Notes under the pieces: model-generated | The model's input: the letters and a program-made list of their open reading frames with translations, nothing else | Database searches by the model: none | Told to the model about the DNA's origin: nothing | In this document: in pieces, positions 39,580-50,266 of the stretch | How positions within the stretch are numbered: position 1 is the stretch's first letter | How the letters are laid out: every line of letters begins with the position of its first letter | NCBI GenBank assembly: GCA_963721805.1 | Contig: CAVRJY010000002.1 | Location: 192,001 to 256,000 of the forward strand | Length of the DNA: 64,000 nt | Direction of reading: 5' to 3' | From: Nitrospirota bacterium | GTDB lineage: Bacteria > Nitrospirota > Thermodesulfovibrionia > Thermodesulfovibrionales > JdFR-86 | Program-made: the position numbers and the translations under genes

Positions 39580-40643
39580 GGGTAGAGCTGGGCGAGCGCA
39601 GCTATGACATCCATATCGGCGCCGGCGTGATCGGCGAGCTCGGTGGCGCGGTGAAGGCCATGGGCGCGGGCACCAAGGTTACGGTCGTGAGCTCCTATGC
39701 GATATTCCCGCTTTACGGCGGCCGGGTGATGGACTCGCTGCGCGAGGCCGGGCTGTTTCCCACAAGCATCCTCGTGCCGGACGGCGAGGAGACGAAGTCC
39801 ATGCACTGGGCCGAGTACCTGCTGACCGAGATGCTGAAGCTCAAGCTCGACCGCCGAAGCGTGGTCGTGGCATTGGGCGGCGGCGTGATCGGGGACCTGA
39901 CCGGCTTTGTCGCCTCGCTTTACATGAGGGGGATACGGTTCGTGCAGGTGCCGACCACGCTGCTTTCGCAGGTCGACAGCTCGGTCGGCGGCAAAACCGG
40001 CGTAAACCACCCGCTCGGCAAGAACCTCATAGGCGCGTTCTGGCAGCCCTCGCTCGTGCTGGCGGACACCGAGACCTTAAGCTCTCTGCCCCGGCGCGAG
40101 TTCGTCTCGGGCATGGGCGAGGTCATCAAATACGGCATCATACGCGACCGCGAGTTCTTCGAGAGCCTGCGCGCCCGGCATGACAGCATCATGGAACTTC
40201 AGCCCGATGCCCTTGCCGCGATCATCAGGCGCTCGTGCGAGATCAAGGCCGAGGTCGTCGGCGCGGACGAGCGCGAAAGCGGCCTGCGCGCGATACTGAA
40301 CTTCGGCCACACGATAGGCCATGCGATAGAGAACGCGACGGGCTACGGCCGCTACCTGCACGGCGAGGCCGTCTCGATAGGGATGGCCGCGGAATCGAGG
40401 CTGGCCGCGGCAGTGGGGATTATGCCCGCTTCGGACTCAGGCGAGGTTACGGAACTCGCGGCCCTCTACGGGCTCCCCTCCGAGGTGCCGCCTGAGCTCG
40501 ACAGGAACCGGATGCTCTCCGCGATGGAGATAGATAAAAAGACCCTGCAGGGCCGGATACGGTTCGTGCTCCCGACGCGCATAGGCGAGGTCCGGCTGAA
40601 CGTCACCGTGGGGCGCGACGACATCCTCAAGGCGATCGGCTAG
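39567..40643 (+). CDS. aroB: 3-dehydroquinate synthase
   Basis: GGGVIGDL, PTTLLSQVDSSVGGKT, LNFGHTIGHAIE and HGEAV motifs. Confidence 0.97.
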   Translation: MDTLRVELGERSYDIHIGAGVIGELGGAVKAMGAGTKVTVVSSYAIFPLYGGRVMDSLREAGLFPTSILVPDGEETKSMHWAEYLLTEMLKLKLDRRSVVVALGGGVIGDLTGFVASLYMRGIRFVQVPTTLLSQVDSSVGGKTGVNHPLGKNLIGAFWQPSLVLADTETLSSLPRREFVSGMGEVIKYGIIRDREFFESLRARHDSIMELQPDALAAIIRRSCEIKAEVVGADERESGLRAILNFGHTIGHAIENATGYGRYLHGEAVSIGMAAESRLAAAVGIMPASDSGEVTELAALYGLPSEVPPELDRNRMLSAMEIDKKTLQGRIRFVLPTRIGEVRLNVTVGRDDILKAIG

Positions 40644-40683
40644 GTAAGTTTTTCATTGTGTTTTCCGGTGTGAAGTGTTAGTC

Positions 40684-40710
40684 TAACGCGGTCGGTTGTT
40701 TGACCGATAG
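40684..40710 (+). promoter_or_regulatory. Possible sigma28 (FliA) promoter for the chemoreceptor gene
   Basis: TAAC-N15-ACCGATAG versus consensus TAAA-N15-GCCGATAA. Confidence 0.45.
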
Positions 40711-40856
40711 CGATGTCGGGGGAGGCATCGTGATGGGGGGAATCGTGACAGAATATTCGCTGCCGCCACAACGCACCAAGACCATCCACGTCCCTTCCGG
40801 TTTCTTATGCATTGGTATTTGATCGCGGCCATGCCGCGTCTTTATCCGGGGGGGAT

Positions 40857-42458
40857 ATGAAGTTAAATGATCTGTCAATCAATAAGAAGATAGCGATCCC
40901 CATACTCGGCGTGATCGCGCTCGGGATCCTCGTCACCAGCTTCGTGACCTCGATGGCGACCAGGAAGATCGTGCTTGACGACGTGAGAAATACGACCCTG
41001 CCAGCATACAGGGATACGGTATTAAACGCGCTGACCACGTTGATGGTTACCGGATGCATGAAAGACGGCAAGCGGCCGTTCCTCGATCAGATGTCTCATA
41101 TCGCCGAGGTGAAGGTCCTGCGCTCCGAGGCGCTCGACAAGGACTTCGGCAAGGCGCGCCCCGAGGATTACCCGCAGAGCGATATCGAGAGGGAGGTCCT
41201 CGCGACCGGCGCGGAGAAGACCATAACGGACGGAGACCACCTGAGGGGCTATTTCCCCTACGTCGCGAAGTCCGACTCGATGGGGAAGGACTGCCTCAGT
41301 TGCCATAAGGTGCCGGAGGGCACGGCCCTCGGGGTCATAAGCATAGACGTACCGCTTTCGGCTTCGTTTACTGCGATAAGGAACCAGCAATACCTTTACT
41401 TCGGGCTCGGGCTGCTGGGCATAGCGGCAATATCCGTGCTCGTGCTGCTTATCACCGGCCGCACGCTAAAACCCCTGGGCCTGGCGGTCGAGAAGATCGA
41501 CCTCCTCTCGGCCGGGGACCTGCGCGTCGAGATAGAGGCGTCCTCCAAAGACGAGATCGGCGTGCTCGCGCACAGCATGAACAGGATGATCGGGTCCTAT
41601 AACGGCATGATCACGAGCATCATGTCGGCCGTGGGGGATGTCGTCGCGGCCGTCGACATCATGCGCTCGAGGGCGGAGCAGACCTCCGAGGGGGCCAGAA
41701 ACCAGTCAGGGCAGGCGCACCAGATAGCGGCCGCGTCCGAGGAGATGCACCAGACCATAGTCGACATAGCCAGGAACGCGACCACGGCCTCTGAGTCCTC
41801 GGCCGATGCGATGGAGATTGCCGAGAGCGGCAAGCAGATCACTGACATAGCGGTCGAGACGATTCAGGAGGTCAATTCGGCCTCGACCGAGCTGGCGACG
41901 ATGGTCAGGACGCTCGACGGCAGGGTGCTTGAGATCGGGAGCATCCTGACCCTGATCAGGGACGTGGCCGACCAGACTAACCTGCTTGCGCTCAATGCAG
42001 CGATCGAGGCGGCGCGCGCCGGGGAGCAGGGCAGGGGGTTCGCGGTCGTGGCGGACGAGGTCAGGAAGCTAGCCGAAAAGACGTTGAAGGCGACCGCCGA
42101 GGTCTCGGATAAGATTTCGAGAGTCCAGCAGGATTCGGTCGAGACGATGGCGGCGATGGAAAAATCCACCAAGGGCGTGACAAAGGCGACCGGCCACATC
42201 CAGAACCTCAACAACGTCCTGCAGGCCATCGTGGAGTCGATCCAGAAGGTCAGTGACGAGATAACCCAGATCGCGGCCGCGGTCGATCAGCAGTCGCAGG
42301 CTTCCGAGGAGGTCACGGCCAACATAGAGCGCTCATCCCTTATATCAAAGGACATGGAGGGGATGTCCGACGACGTGCTGCGTGAGGTCAACAGCCTAGT
42401 GCAGATCGCCGAGGAGCTGCGCAACTGCACCGCAGGGTTCAAGACTAAGGGCGGCTAG
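40857..42458 (+). CDS. Methyl-accepting chemotaxis protein with periplasmic c-type heme sensor and HAMP domain
   Basis: Two TM segments, CLSCH between them, DEIGVLA, and [34 protein letters not shown]. Confidence 0.92.
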   Translation: MKLNDLSINKKIAIPILGVIALGILVTSFVTSMATRKIVLDDVRNTTLPAYRDTVLNALTTLMVTGCMKDGKRPFLDQMSHIAEVKVLRSEALDKDFGKARPEDYPQSDIEREVLATGAEKTITDGDHLRGYFPYVAKSDSMGKDCLSCHKVPEGTALGVISIDVPLSASFTAIRNQQYLYFGLGLLGIAAISVLVLLITGRTLKPLGLAVEKIDLLSAGDLRVEIEASSKDEIGVLAHSMNRMIGSYNGMITSIMSAVGDVVAAVDIMRSRAEQTSEGARNQSGQAHQIAAASEEMHQTIVDIARNATTASESSADAMEIAESGKQITDIAVETIQEVNSASTELATMVRTLDGRVLEIGSILTLIRDVADQTNLLALNAAIEAARAGEQGRGFAVVADEVRKLAEKTLKATAEVSDKISRVQQDSVETMAAMEKSTKGVTKATGHIQNLNNVLQAIVESIQKVSDEITQIAAAVDQQSQASEEVTANIERSSLISKDMEGMSDDVLREVNSLVQIAEELRNCTAGFKTKGG

Positions 42459-42630
42459 CTAGTGCCTGGATGGCCACGGCCGACGAGGCTTGCAGCGGCC
42501 TCATTCTAGCCCCCTGTGCGCCTATTTTAAATATATCTATAGTTACGATGACATATTGATTTCTCTGTGCTGAATTGTTATCCTAAAGATTGAAATTTAG
42601 GCTGCCTATGGCTGTGCAGGGGAGGATTTC

Positions 42631-43956
42631 ATGTTCGGAAAGCGCAAAAAGGAACAGATGCGAGCGCTCGTAGACCGGATCGGCGAGAGGAACTGCATAG
42701 TGGACGACATCGCCAGCAACGGCGACGGTACGGCTTCGGCGCTCCGCTCTGCGATAAACGGCATAGGGTCCGCCCTGGACGACATCCTCTATAACACGAA
42801 CTCCGCGGTGGCCGAGGCCACGAAGCTTGACGCCGAGATCAGCAAGATCAAGCTGATGACCAAGAAGCAGAAGATGCAGACCGAGCGCATAGCCACGTCC
42901 TCGGAGGAGATGTCGCAGACCATAATAGATATATCGCGGAACTCATCGACCGCGTCCGAGGAGGCCAGAAACGCGGTTTCCATTGTAGAGCAGAGCCGCG
43001 CCAAGATGGAGCGCACGACCGAGCGCATAAGCTCCGTCATCACCTCGACCGAGGCGCTCAAGGCCTCTATCGAGAACCTCACGAAGCGCACCCAGGAGGT
43101 CGAGGAGGTCATCAGCTTCATCAAGGACGTCGCAGACCAGACGAACCTCCTGGCGCTTAACGCCGCCATCGAGGCCGCGCGCGCCGGTGAGCAGGGCAGG
43201 GGGTTCGCGGTCGTGGCCGACGAGGTCAGGAAGCTCGCCGAGCGCACGACCAAGGCCACGGACGACATAGGCAGGACCCTCAACCGCATAAAGGACGAGA
43301 CCGCGGTGACGAACACCTCGATGAAGGCCTCTATGGTCGAGGTCGAGGCCTCGCGCCACGAGATCGACGCTTTGAGGGTATCCTTCGGAGAGGTCATCGA
43401 CCATGTGCAGCTCACGCACGACAACATCACCAAGATCGCGACCGCGGTCGAGGAGCAGTCGGCGGCCACCGAGGAGGTGGCCCAGAGCGTCGAGGACACC
43501 CTGAAGATGGCGGTCGAGATCGACCGCGACGCCGATACCCTGATGAAGATAACCGACACGGTGCACGCAAACGCCAACGCGGCCGCGCAGGCTATAGAGC
43601 AGTTCAAGTTCGAGCCCGGCCGCAACTCCCTGATGGAGCGCGTGAAGGCCGACCACAGGCTATGGGTCAAGAGGCTCTACAGGATGTACCACGGGCTTGA
43701 GAAGATCGACAAGGTCGGTGGCCACCGCGAGTGCCGCCTTGGCAAGTGGTACTACAGCGAGGCCTCGCAGGCGGTGCAGCACATGCCTGCCTTCAGGGAA
43801 CTCGAACGCCCCCACGAGCAGCTCCATACGATGGCGCAGCAGTGCGTGGACATGTACAACCGCGGCCAGCGCGACCAGTGCCTCCAGAACATCGCTGAGA
43901 TCGAGCGCATCTCCAACGAGGTAGTCGCGAGGCTAGACGCCTTAAAGCACGGTTAA
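42631..43956 (+). CDS. Soluble chemoreceptor with C-terminal CZB zinc-binding domain
   Basis: No TM segment; MCP signalling motif; [16 protein letters not shown] and HEQLH. Confidence 0.9.
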   Translation: MFGKRKKEQMRALVDRIGERNCIVDDIASNGDGTASALRSAINGIGSALDDILYNTNSAVAEATKLDAEISKIKLMTKKQKMQTERIATSSEEMSQTIIDISRNSSTASEEARNAVSIVEQSRAKMERTTERISSVITSTEALKASIENLTKRTQEVEEVISFIKDVADQTNLLALNAAIEAARAGEQGRGFAVVADEVRKLAERTTKATDDIGRTLNRIKDETAVTNTSMKASMVEVEASRHEIDALRVSFGEVIDHVQLTHDNITKIATAVEEQSAATEEVAQSVEDTLKMAVEIDRDADTLMKITDTVHANANAAAQAIEQFKFEPGRNSLMERVKADHRLWVKRLYRMYHGLEKIDKVGGHRECRLGKWYYSEASQAVQHMPAFRELERPHEQLHTMAQQCVDMYNRGQRDQCLQNIAEIERISNEVVARLDALKHG

Positions 43957-43994
43957 GGCAGGCTGCGCGCGCTATCCGTGGCTTTGCCGGTAAA

Positions 43995-46900
43995 TTAAAC
44001 GGGCCGGTCCGGCCCCAGCTTGGACCCCTTCCAGATCATGTAGATCGCCGGGTAGATCACGAGTTCCAGTATAGTGGAGGTCACAACGCCCCCGACCATC
44101 GGGGCCGCGATGCGCTTCATCACGTCAGCCCCCGCGCCGTGGCTGAACATGATCGGCACCAGGCCTGCCAGTATCACGCTTACGGTCATCACCTTGGGCC
44201 TGATCCTCTTTACCGCGCCGCTCATTATCGCTTCCTTCAGGTCCTCGCGGTGGCGCATCATGCCGCGCCGCACCGCATCATCGTATGCCATGTCCAGATA
44301 GAGCAGCATCACGACGCCGGTCTCGGCGTCGAGCCCCGCGAGCGCGATCAGCCCGACCGCGACCGCTATGCTCATGTTATACCCGAGCCAGTACAGCAGC
44401 CAGAACGAGCCCACGAGCGAAAACGGGACCGCCAGAAGGACGATGAAGGTCTTGGTCATGGACTTCGTGTTCAGGAATATCAGGACGAAGATGATAAAGG
44501 CCGTAAGCGGTATCACCAGCTTCAGCCGCTCGTAGGTCTTGACCATATACTCGTACTCGCCGCTCCACTCGATGCGGTAGCCCTCCGGGATCTTGAGCCC
44601 GGCGAGCCTGGCCTTTGCCTCCTCCACGTACCCGCCGATGTCCCGGCCGCCCATGTCGATATAGACGTAAGAGGTGATCAGCCCCTCCTCGCTCTTGATT
44701 ACGGTCGGGCCCCTGACGACCCTGATGTCCGCCAGTTCGACGAGCGGCACTTGGAGGACCTCTCCGGGCTCGGCAGGGAGCCCGTTATTCGTCGTGACGC
44801 CAGAACCGCTCATCGCTCCGCTGCCGGAGGAGCCAGCACGTGGCTGCATCACGGGGACGAGCACGCGCTTCAGGGCCTCGACCCGGTCGCGCAGCTCGCG
44901 CGCGTACATCAGGTGCACGCTGTAGCGCTCGCGGCCCTCTATCGTGGTAGTCAGGTTCGATCCGCCTATGGCGGTCTCGATGACGTTGTTTACGTCATCG
45001 ACCTGCAGGCCATAGCGCGCTGCTGCCTCGCGCTTTACCACGAAGTCCAGGAAATACCCGGTCGTCAGCCGCTCGGCATAGACGCTCCGAGTCCCCCGGA
45101 TGCCCTGCAGGCGCTTCTCTAAATCAAGCCCGATCTTCTCGAGCTCCCCGATGTCCGGGCCCAGCACCTTGATGCCCACGGGCGTGCGTATGCCCGTGGC
45201 GAGCATGTCGATGCGCGCCTTGATCGGCATAGTGAAAGAGTTGCTGACGCCCGGTATGCTCACCGCGTCGTTAAGCTGGTTTTTTATGTCCTCCACGGTG
45301 ATGCCGGGCCGCCACATGGACTCGGGCTTGAGGTTGATGACCGTTTCGAACATCTCCATCGGAGCTGGGTCGGTCGCGGTCTCGGCGCGCCCGGCCTTCC
45401 CGAATACCTGGCTGACCTCCGGGACCGTCATCAGCAGGCGGTCCTGCACCTGCAGCAGCCGGTCGACGGTCTGGATCGAGGGACCGGGCACGGTGATGGG
45501 CATGTAAAAGAGCGAGCCCTCATAGAGCGGGGGCATGAACTCCGATCCGAGCTTCATGTAAGGGTACGCGGTCGCGGCCAGCACGACGAGCGCGGCTATT
45601 ATTATGAGGTACCGGAACCTCAGCGCGAATGATGCTATAGGGTTATAGACCGTCCTCAGGAGCTTGCTTATCGGATTTCGGTCTTCGTGCACGATCTTGC
45701 CGCGCACGAATATGGTCATAAGCACGGGTGTGAGCGTAATCGCCAAAAACGAGGCGAACAGCATGGCGAAGGTCTTGGTGAAGGCCAGGGGCTTAAACAG
45801 CCTCCCGGCCTGCGACTGGAGCGTGAAGACCGGCAGGAACCCGACCGTTATCACGAGCATCGAAAAAAACAGCGACGGCCCTACCTCCTTGGCCGCCTCT
45901 ACTATAACGTCCGTGCGGCTTCCCGGCCGTCCCTTCTCGTCCCATTCCTCTAATTTCTTGTGTGCGTTCTCGACCATTATGATCGAGGCGTCCACCATCG
46001 CGCCTATCGCTATCGCTATGCCGCTTAAGCTCATGATGTTCGTCGTGAGGCCCAGATAATACATGCAGATAAACGATATGATGATCGCGACCGGGAGCGT
46101 TACGATCACGACGAGCGCGCTTGGGAGGTGAAACAGGAACACGAGGCAGACAGCGCTTACGGCGAGCGTGAGCTTGATGATCTCGTCTCTGAGCGTGTCG
46201 ATCGATCTATGGATTAGGTCGGAGCGGTCGTAGGTGACGACGAGGTGCACGCCCTTGGGCAGGCTCGGCTGGACGTCGGTGCGTATCCGCTCCTTCACGC
46301 GGTCGATCACGTTCAGGACGTTCTCCCCAAACCTTACGACCACTATCCCGCCCACGACCTCGCCCTTGCCGTCGAGCTCCGCGATGCCCCGCCGGATCTC
46401 GGGGCCGAGCTTTACCTGCGCGACGTCGCCCACGTATACGGGCGTGCCCTGGCCGTTCGTCCTGACCGGGATCTCCGAGATATCGGATTCCTTCTTGATG
46501 TACCCCCGGCCTCGCACCATGTATTCCACGCCCGACATCTCGAGCACCCGGCCCTCGACGTCGGCGTTGCTCTTCTTGATCGCCTCCATCACCTCGGGCA
46601 GGGTCACGCCGAACGCGGCCAGCTTGTTGGGGTCGACGAGCACCTGGTACTGTTTTACGAAACCCCCGATGCTCGCTACCTGCGAGACGCCCGGGACGCT
46701 CTCCAACGTGAGCTTGACGTAATAGTCCTGCATCGAGCGCAGCTGGGCGAGGTTGTACTGTCCGCTGTCGTCTTGTAGCGCATAGCTGAAGCCCCAGCCG
46801 AGGCTCGTCGCGTCCGGCCCGAGGACTGGATTGGCGCCCGGCGGGAGCTTGCTCCGGACCGCTTGCAGGTATTCGAGCACGCGGCTGCGGCCCCAGTAGA

Positions 46901-47207
46901 TGTCCGTGCCCTCGTCGAATATCACATAGACGAACGAGCTGCCGAGGAAGGAGAACCCGCGCACGACCTGCACGTGCGGGGCCGCAAGCAGGGTGGAGCT
47001 GATGGGGTAGGTGATCTGGTCTTCGACGAGGTCCGGGCTCTTGCCGGCCCAGTCGGTATAGATGATGACCTGCGAGTCGCTAAGGTCTGGGATCGCGTCC
47101 AGGGGGGTGCGCTTTAAGGCCCATATCCCCCATATGCAGAGCGAGGCCACGAACAGAAACACGAGGAATTTGTTTCGGGCGCTCAGCTCGATTATTTTTC
47201 CGATCAC
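43995..47207 (-). CDS. cusA: CusA/CzcA family heavy-metal RND permease
   Basis: LDAIPDLSD, GAMVDA, GSEFMPPL, EMFET, DMLATG and AAPMVGG motifs. Confidence 0.93.
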   Translation of the reverse strand: MIGKIIELSARNKFLVFLFVASLCIWGIWALKRTPLDAIPDLSDSQVIIYTDWAGKSPDLVEDQITYPISSTLLAAPHVQVVRGFSFLGSSFVYVIFDEGTDIYWGRSRVLEYLQAVRSKLPPGANPVLGPDATSLGWGFSYALQDDSGQYNLAQLRSMQDYYVKLTLESVPGVSQVASIGGFVKQYQVLVDPNKLAAFGVTLPEVMEAIKKSNADVEGRVLEMSGVEYMVRGRGYIKKESDISEIPVRTNGQGTPVYVGDVAQVKLGPEIRRGIAELDGKGEVVGGIVVVRFGENVLNVIDRVKERIRTDVQPSLPKGVHLVVTYDRSDLIHRSIDTLRDEIIKLTLAVSAVCLVFLFHLPSALVVIVTLPVAIIISFICMYYLGLTTNIMSLSGIAIAIGAMVDASIIMVENAHKKLEEWDEKGRPGSRTDVIVEAAKEVGPSLFFSMLVITVGFLPVFTLQSQAGRLFKPLAFTKTFAMLFASFLAITLTPVLMTIFVRGKIVHEDRNPISKLLRTVYNPIASFALRFRYLIIIAALVVLAATAYPYMKLGSEFMPPLYEGSLFYMPITVPGPSIQTVDRLLQVQDRLLMTVPEVSQVFGKAGRAETATDPAPMEMFETVINLKPESMWRPGITVEDIKNQLNDAVSIPGVSNSFTMPIKARIDMLATGIRTPVGIKVLGPDIGELEKIGLDLEKRLQGIRGTRSVYAERLTTGYFLDFVVKREAAARYGLQVDDVNNVIETAIGGSNLTTTIEGRERYSVHLMYARELRDRVEALKRVLVPVMQPRAGSSGSGAMSGSGVTTNNGLPAEPGEVLQVPLVELADIRVVRGPTVIKSEEGLITSYVYIDMGGRDIGGYVEEAKARLAGLKIPEGYRIEWSGEYEYMVKTYERLKLVIPLTAFIIFVLIFLNTKSMTKTFIVLLAVPFSLVGSFWLLYWLGYNMSIAVAVGLIALAGLDAETGVVMLLYLDMAYDDAVRRGMMRHREDLKEAIMSGAVKRIRPKVMTVSVILAGLVPIMFSHGAGADVMKRIAAPMVGGVVTSTILELVIYPAIYMIWKGSKLGPDRPV

Positions 47208-47226
47208 GGTGCGGTTGCTCTGCTTC

Positions 47227-48366
47227 CTACTTCTCTACGCCACGGAGCTTTGCCTCGGAGTCTATGAGGAACGCCCCGGCTGCCGCGACGGGCTCGCCTT
47301 CGGTCAGGCCGTTGATGATCTCGACCCTGTCGCCGGCCTCAATGCCAGTCGTGACCTCGCGCGGTTCGAACTGCCCCTCGCCCTTATCCACGAACACGAC
47401 GTTCCTCACCCCGGTATCTATCACCGCGTCGGAGGGCACAGAGAGACGCGGCCCGAGCGGGACGCGGATCTCTACGTTGGCGTACATCTCGGGCCTGAGG
47501 TCCCCGCGGGGGTTCGGGAGCACGAGCCGCACCTTGGCGGTCCTCGTCTGGGTCGAGAGCACCGGGTAGATGAAGTCCACCTTCGAGTGGAAGACCCGGC
47601 CGGGATAGGAGGTCAGCGTGAGTTCCGCTGGCATGCCGGGCCGTATGTTCGCAAGCTCGAACTCATATACGTCGGCCAGCGCCCAGAGGGTCGAGAGCTC
47701 GGCCACGTCCACTATCTTCTCGCCGGGCATCACGCGCGAGCCCTGCACCGCAGCGCGCGCAACGACCACGCCGCTTACCGGGCTGTAGACCGAAAACGTG
47801 CGCTGTGGCGTGCGTTCTTTCGTCAGGCGGTCGATGTCCGCCTCCGAGATGTCCCAAAGCGCGAGCCTCTGGCGCGCGGCCTCGACCATGCGGCCCGCGT
47901 CGGCCTTCATCGGCTCGTCGTTTTTAGATGAGGCCTCGTCGGCCCACTTGAGCGCCGAGAGGTATTCGCGTTCGGTGGCTATGAGTTCGGGGCTGTAGAG
48001 GTCGGCCACGCGGCCGCCCTTCCTGATGTACATCCCGGTGGTGTTGGCGTACAGCCGGTCGAGCCATCCCTCGACCTTGGTCGTGACTGTCGCCAGCCGG
48101 GTCTCGTCGTAGTCAAGGCGGCCCACGGTGCGTATCGTGTGGGTGAAGTCGGCCTTCGTCGCGTTAACGATCTTCACGCCCATAAGCTGCTGCTTTTCGA
48201 CCGGTATATCGACCTCTTCGGGCGCTGCCTCCTCGGCGGCGGCCGGGGCATTGGCTGCCGGAGCCTGTGCGGCCTGCTGCTGCTTTTTATAATGCATATA
48301 ATAATAAGACCCCGCTATCGCGGCTGCTATCAGAATTACAAGTGCTATCAATGCCGGTCGCTTCAT
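47227..48366 (-). CDS. cusB: RND periplasmic adaptor (CusB-like)
   Basis: N-terminal TM, YSPELI, LRPEMY and FLIDSE motifs. Confidence 0.88.
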   Translation of the reverse strand: MKRPALIALVILIAAAIAGSYYYMHYKKQQQAAQAPAANAPAAAEEAAPEEVDIPVEKQQLMGVKIVNATKADFTHTIRTVGRLDYDETRLATVTTKVEGWLDRLYANTTGMYIRKGGRVADLYSPELIATEREYLSALKWADEASSKNDEPMKADAGRMVEAARQRLALWDISEADIDRLTKERTPQRTFSVYSPVSGVVVARAAVQGSRVMPGEKIVDVAELSTLWALADVYEFELANIRPGMPAELTLTSYPGRVFHSKVDFIYPVLSTQTRTAKVRLVLPNPRGDLRPEMYANVEIRVPLGPRLSVPSDAVIDTGVRNVVFVDKGEGQFEPREVTTGIEAGDRVEIINGLTEGEPVAAAGAFLIDSEAKLRGVEK

Positions 48367-49655
48367 TTCCCCTCCCCCGCGCCATGCTGCTCCATGCCGG
48401 TCATCCCGGCCGAGGCCTCAAGCCTGATCGCGGCCTTCTGGCGCGCGGCGTACTGCTCCCAGTATTGCAGTTCCGATTCCGCCACGCCCCGAAGCGCGTT
48501 GATCGTCTCGGAGGCAGAGCCCTTCCCCGAGGCATAGGCCTCAAGCGCGGAGTCGAAGCTTTGCCGGGCCCTGGGTATAAGCGAATCTTTGTAAAGCGAC
48601 ATCAGCGTATCGGCGGAGCGGGCCATGACGACGTTTTCGCGGATCGTCGAGGCGAGCATCTGGCGGGTGTCCTCAAGCTCAGCCCTCGCGCCTTCGGTCG
48701 AGGCGAGCGCCTCGTCCACGGCCGGGTTGAGCTTGCTTCCGTAGTAAACGGGCAGGTTGACCGTGCTGGTGAGCCTCCACATGTTGTTTAAAGGCTCGCC
48801 CCTGAAGGAGTACCTTGCGTCGAGCGTGATGTCCGGGTAGTAGTCCCGCTTGGCCGAGCGCACCCGGGCCTCGGCCGCGTGGACCATAGCCTCGCGCTCC
48901 CTGACCATCGGAGAGTGCGAGAGGTGCTCGGATATGTACTGGCCCGGATCGGCAGCGAGCTTCGCCATCGGGGGCTCGGCCGGATCGCCCTCGACCTCGG
49001 GTATGGATGAGCCCCGCCCGAGTGCCTGTACGAGCATCGCGCGCGCGGTGCCGGCCTGCTCGCGGAGCATGGCCTCGCGCTCCTTGATCACGTACTTTTC
49101 CTTTTGGGCCATCAGCGGCTCAAGCTGCATGCCCGATCCGGCGGAGTATCTGGCGAGCGCCGCGTCCTCGACGCGGCCGAACAGCTCCTCGAGCTCCGTG
49201 ACGGCCTCAAGCCCGCGCTCCGCGCTGTAAAGGTCGATATAAAGCTCGCGGACTCGCTCCGCGGCCTTCACGCGGGCTTCATTGGCCGCCGCTAGCGAGG
49301 CCTCGGCCTCGGCCTCGGCCGTGTCTTCCTTAAGCCCGAGCTTGCCGGGCCACGGGAACGTCTGCGTCAGGCCGACCATGGCCTGCGTGTCGGGGCTCTT
49401 GCCCCAGTTGTCCTTGCCGTTTTGCTCGTCCTGATACGCGGTCATGAGCATCGGGTCCGGGCGGACCGAGGACTGCGGCACCCTGCGCCCCGCGGCCCGT
49501 GCGCGCGCATCGGCCGCTAGCACCGCAGGGCTGTTGTGTACGGCCTCCTCTATGAGAGGGGCGAGTTCAAGCCCGGCGGCTGATGCCTCCGGGCTTGAAA
49601 GGAGTGACAGCGCGGCCGCGAGAGCGGCCGCGCATATGGCCATCCTACTGCGCAT
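48363..49655 (-). CDS. TolC-family outer-membrane efflux protein (CusC-like)
   Basis: Signal peptide; PDPML, QTFPWPGKL and YYPD; position in the cus operon; start may be 49643. Confidence 0.85.
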   Translation of the reverse strand: MRSRMAICAAALAAALSLLSSPEASAAGLELAPLIEEAVHNSPAVLAADARARAAGRRVPQSSVRPDPMLMTAYQDEQNGKDNWGKSPDTQAMVGLTQTFPWPGKLGLKEDTAEAEAEASLAAANEARVKAAERVRELYIDLYSAERGLEAVTELEELFGRVEDAALARYSAGSGMQLEPLMAQKEKYVIKEREAMLREQAGTARAMLVQALGRGSSIPEVEGDPAEPPMAKLAADPGQYISEHLSHSPMVREREAMVHAAEARVRSAKRDYYPDITLDARYSFRGEPLNNMWRLTSTVNLPVYYGSKLNPAVDEALASTEGARAELEDTRQMLASTIRENVVMARSADTLMSLYKDSLIPRARQSFDSALEAYASGKGSASETINALRGVAESELQYWEQYAARQKAAIRLEASAGMTGMEQHGAGEGK

Positions 49656-50037
49656 CGAGCGTGAATTTCACCGAGTATGTCTTGCCGCCGGTGGTTATCT
49701 TCGCCTTGGCGCCCCACGAGCCGGCCATCGAGACGTTCAGCACTCCGCTGTAGCCGTTGCCCTTCTGCGTTAGCACGGTCTTGTAGTTCATCGCCGGCAT
49801 GCCGGACATCGCGGGCATCCCGTACTCGACGACGACCGTAGCATCCTTGACGAACTTGCCCATCTTGTCCGCGATCTCGACGGTTACCGTGTTTTCGCCG
49901 ACCACGGGCGGGTTTTTGTCGAGCCTCACGACCACGGTGTTGCTCCCGGCGGCCTTCTTGACCTCGAAGTCCTTTGCATAGGCCATGCCGGCCCATAGCG
50001 CGATTACCATCGTTAAGGCCAGAGTCTTTTTAAGCAT
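49645..50037 (-). CDS. FixH/YtkA-like periplasmic Met-rich protein
   Basis: Signal peptide, MPAMSGMPAM and SMAGSW; first gene of the cus operon. Confidence 0.8.
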   Translation of the reverse strand: MLKKTLALTMVIALWAGMAYAKDFEVKKAAGSNTVVVRLDKNPPVVGENTVTVEIADKMGKFVKDATVVVEYGMPAMSGMPAMNYKTVLTQKGNGYSGVLNVSMAGSWGAKAKITTGGKTYSVKFTLDAQ

Positions 50038-50266
50038 TGTCTGCGTCCTCCTTGCGATAGATTATTACACATTATGGCGGCCGTCAACACGCCATATTTA
50101 AATTATAAATAAGCGGGTGCGAATAGTCTATGAAAGAGTAGTGAATTAATTGTGAATTAGCATTCGTGCTATGCTCATGCTCAGCGATGCCCGCGGTTGT
50201 CCCTGGGCTTGACAGCCTGGGCGTCTCGTTAGATGATTGTGGCTATAACGCAGGCATGGAGGGCAG

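Noticed and set aside
41970..43240. Near-identical DNA in the two chemoreceptor genes
   Set aside because: This is the conserved MCP hairpin-tip motif, not a mobile repeat.
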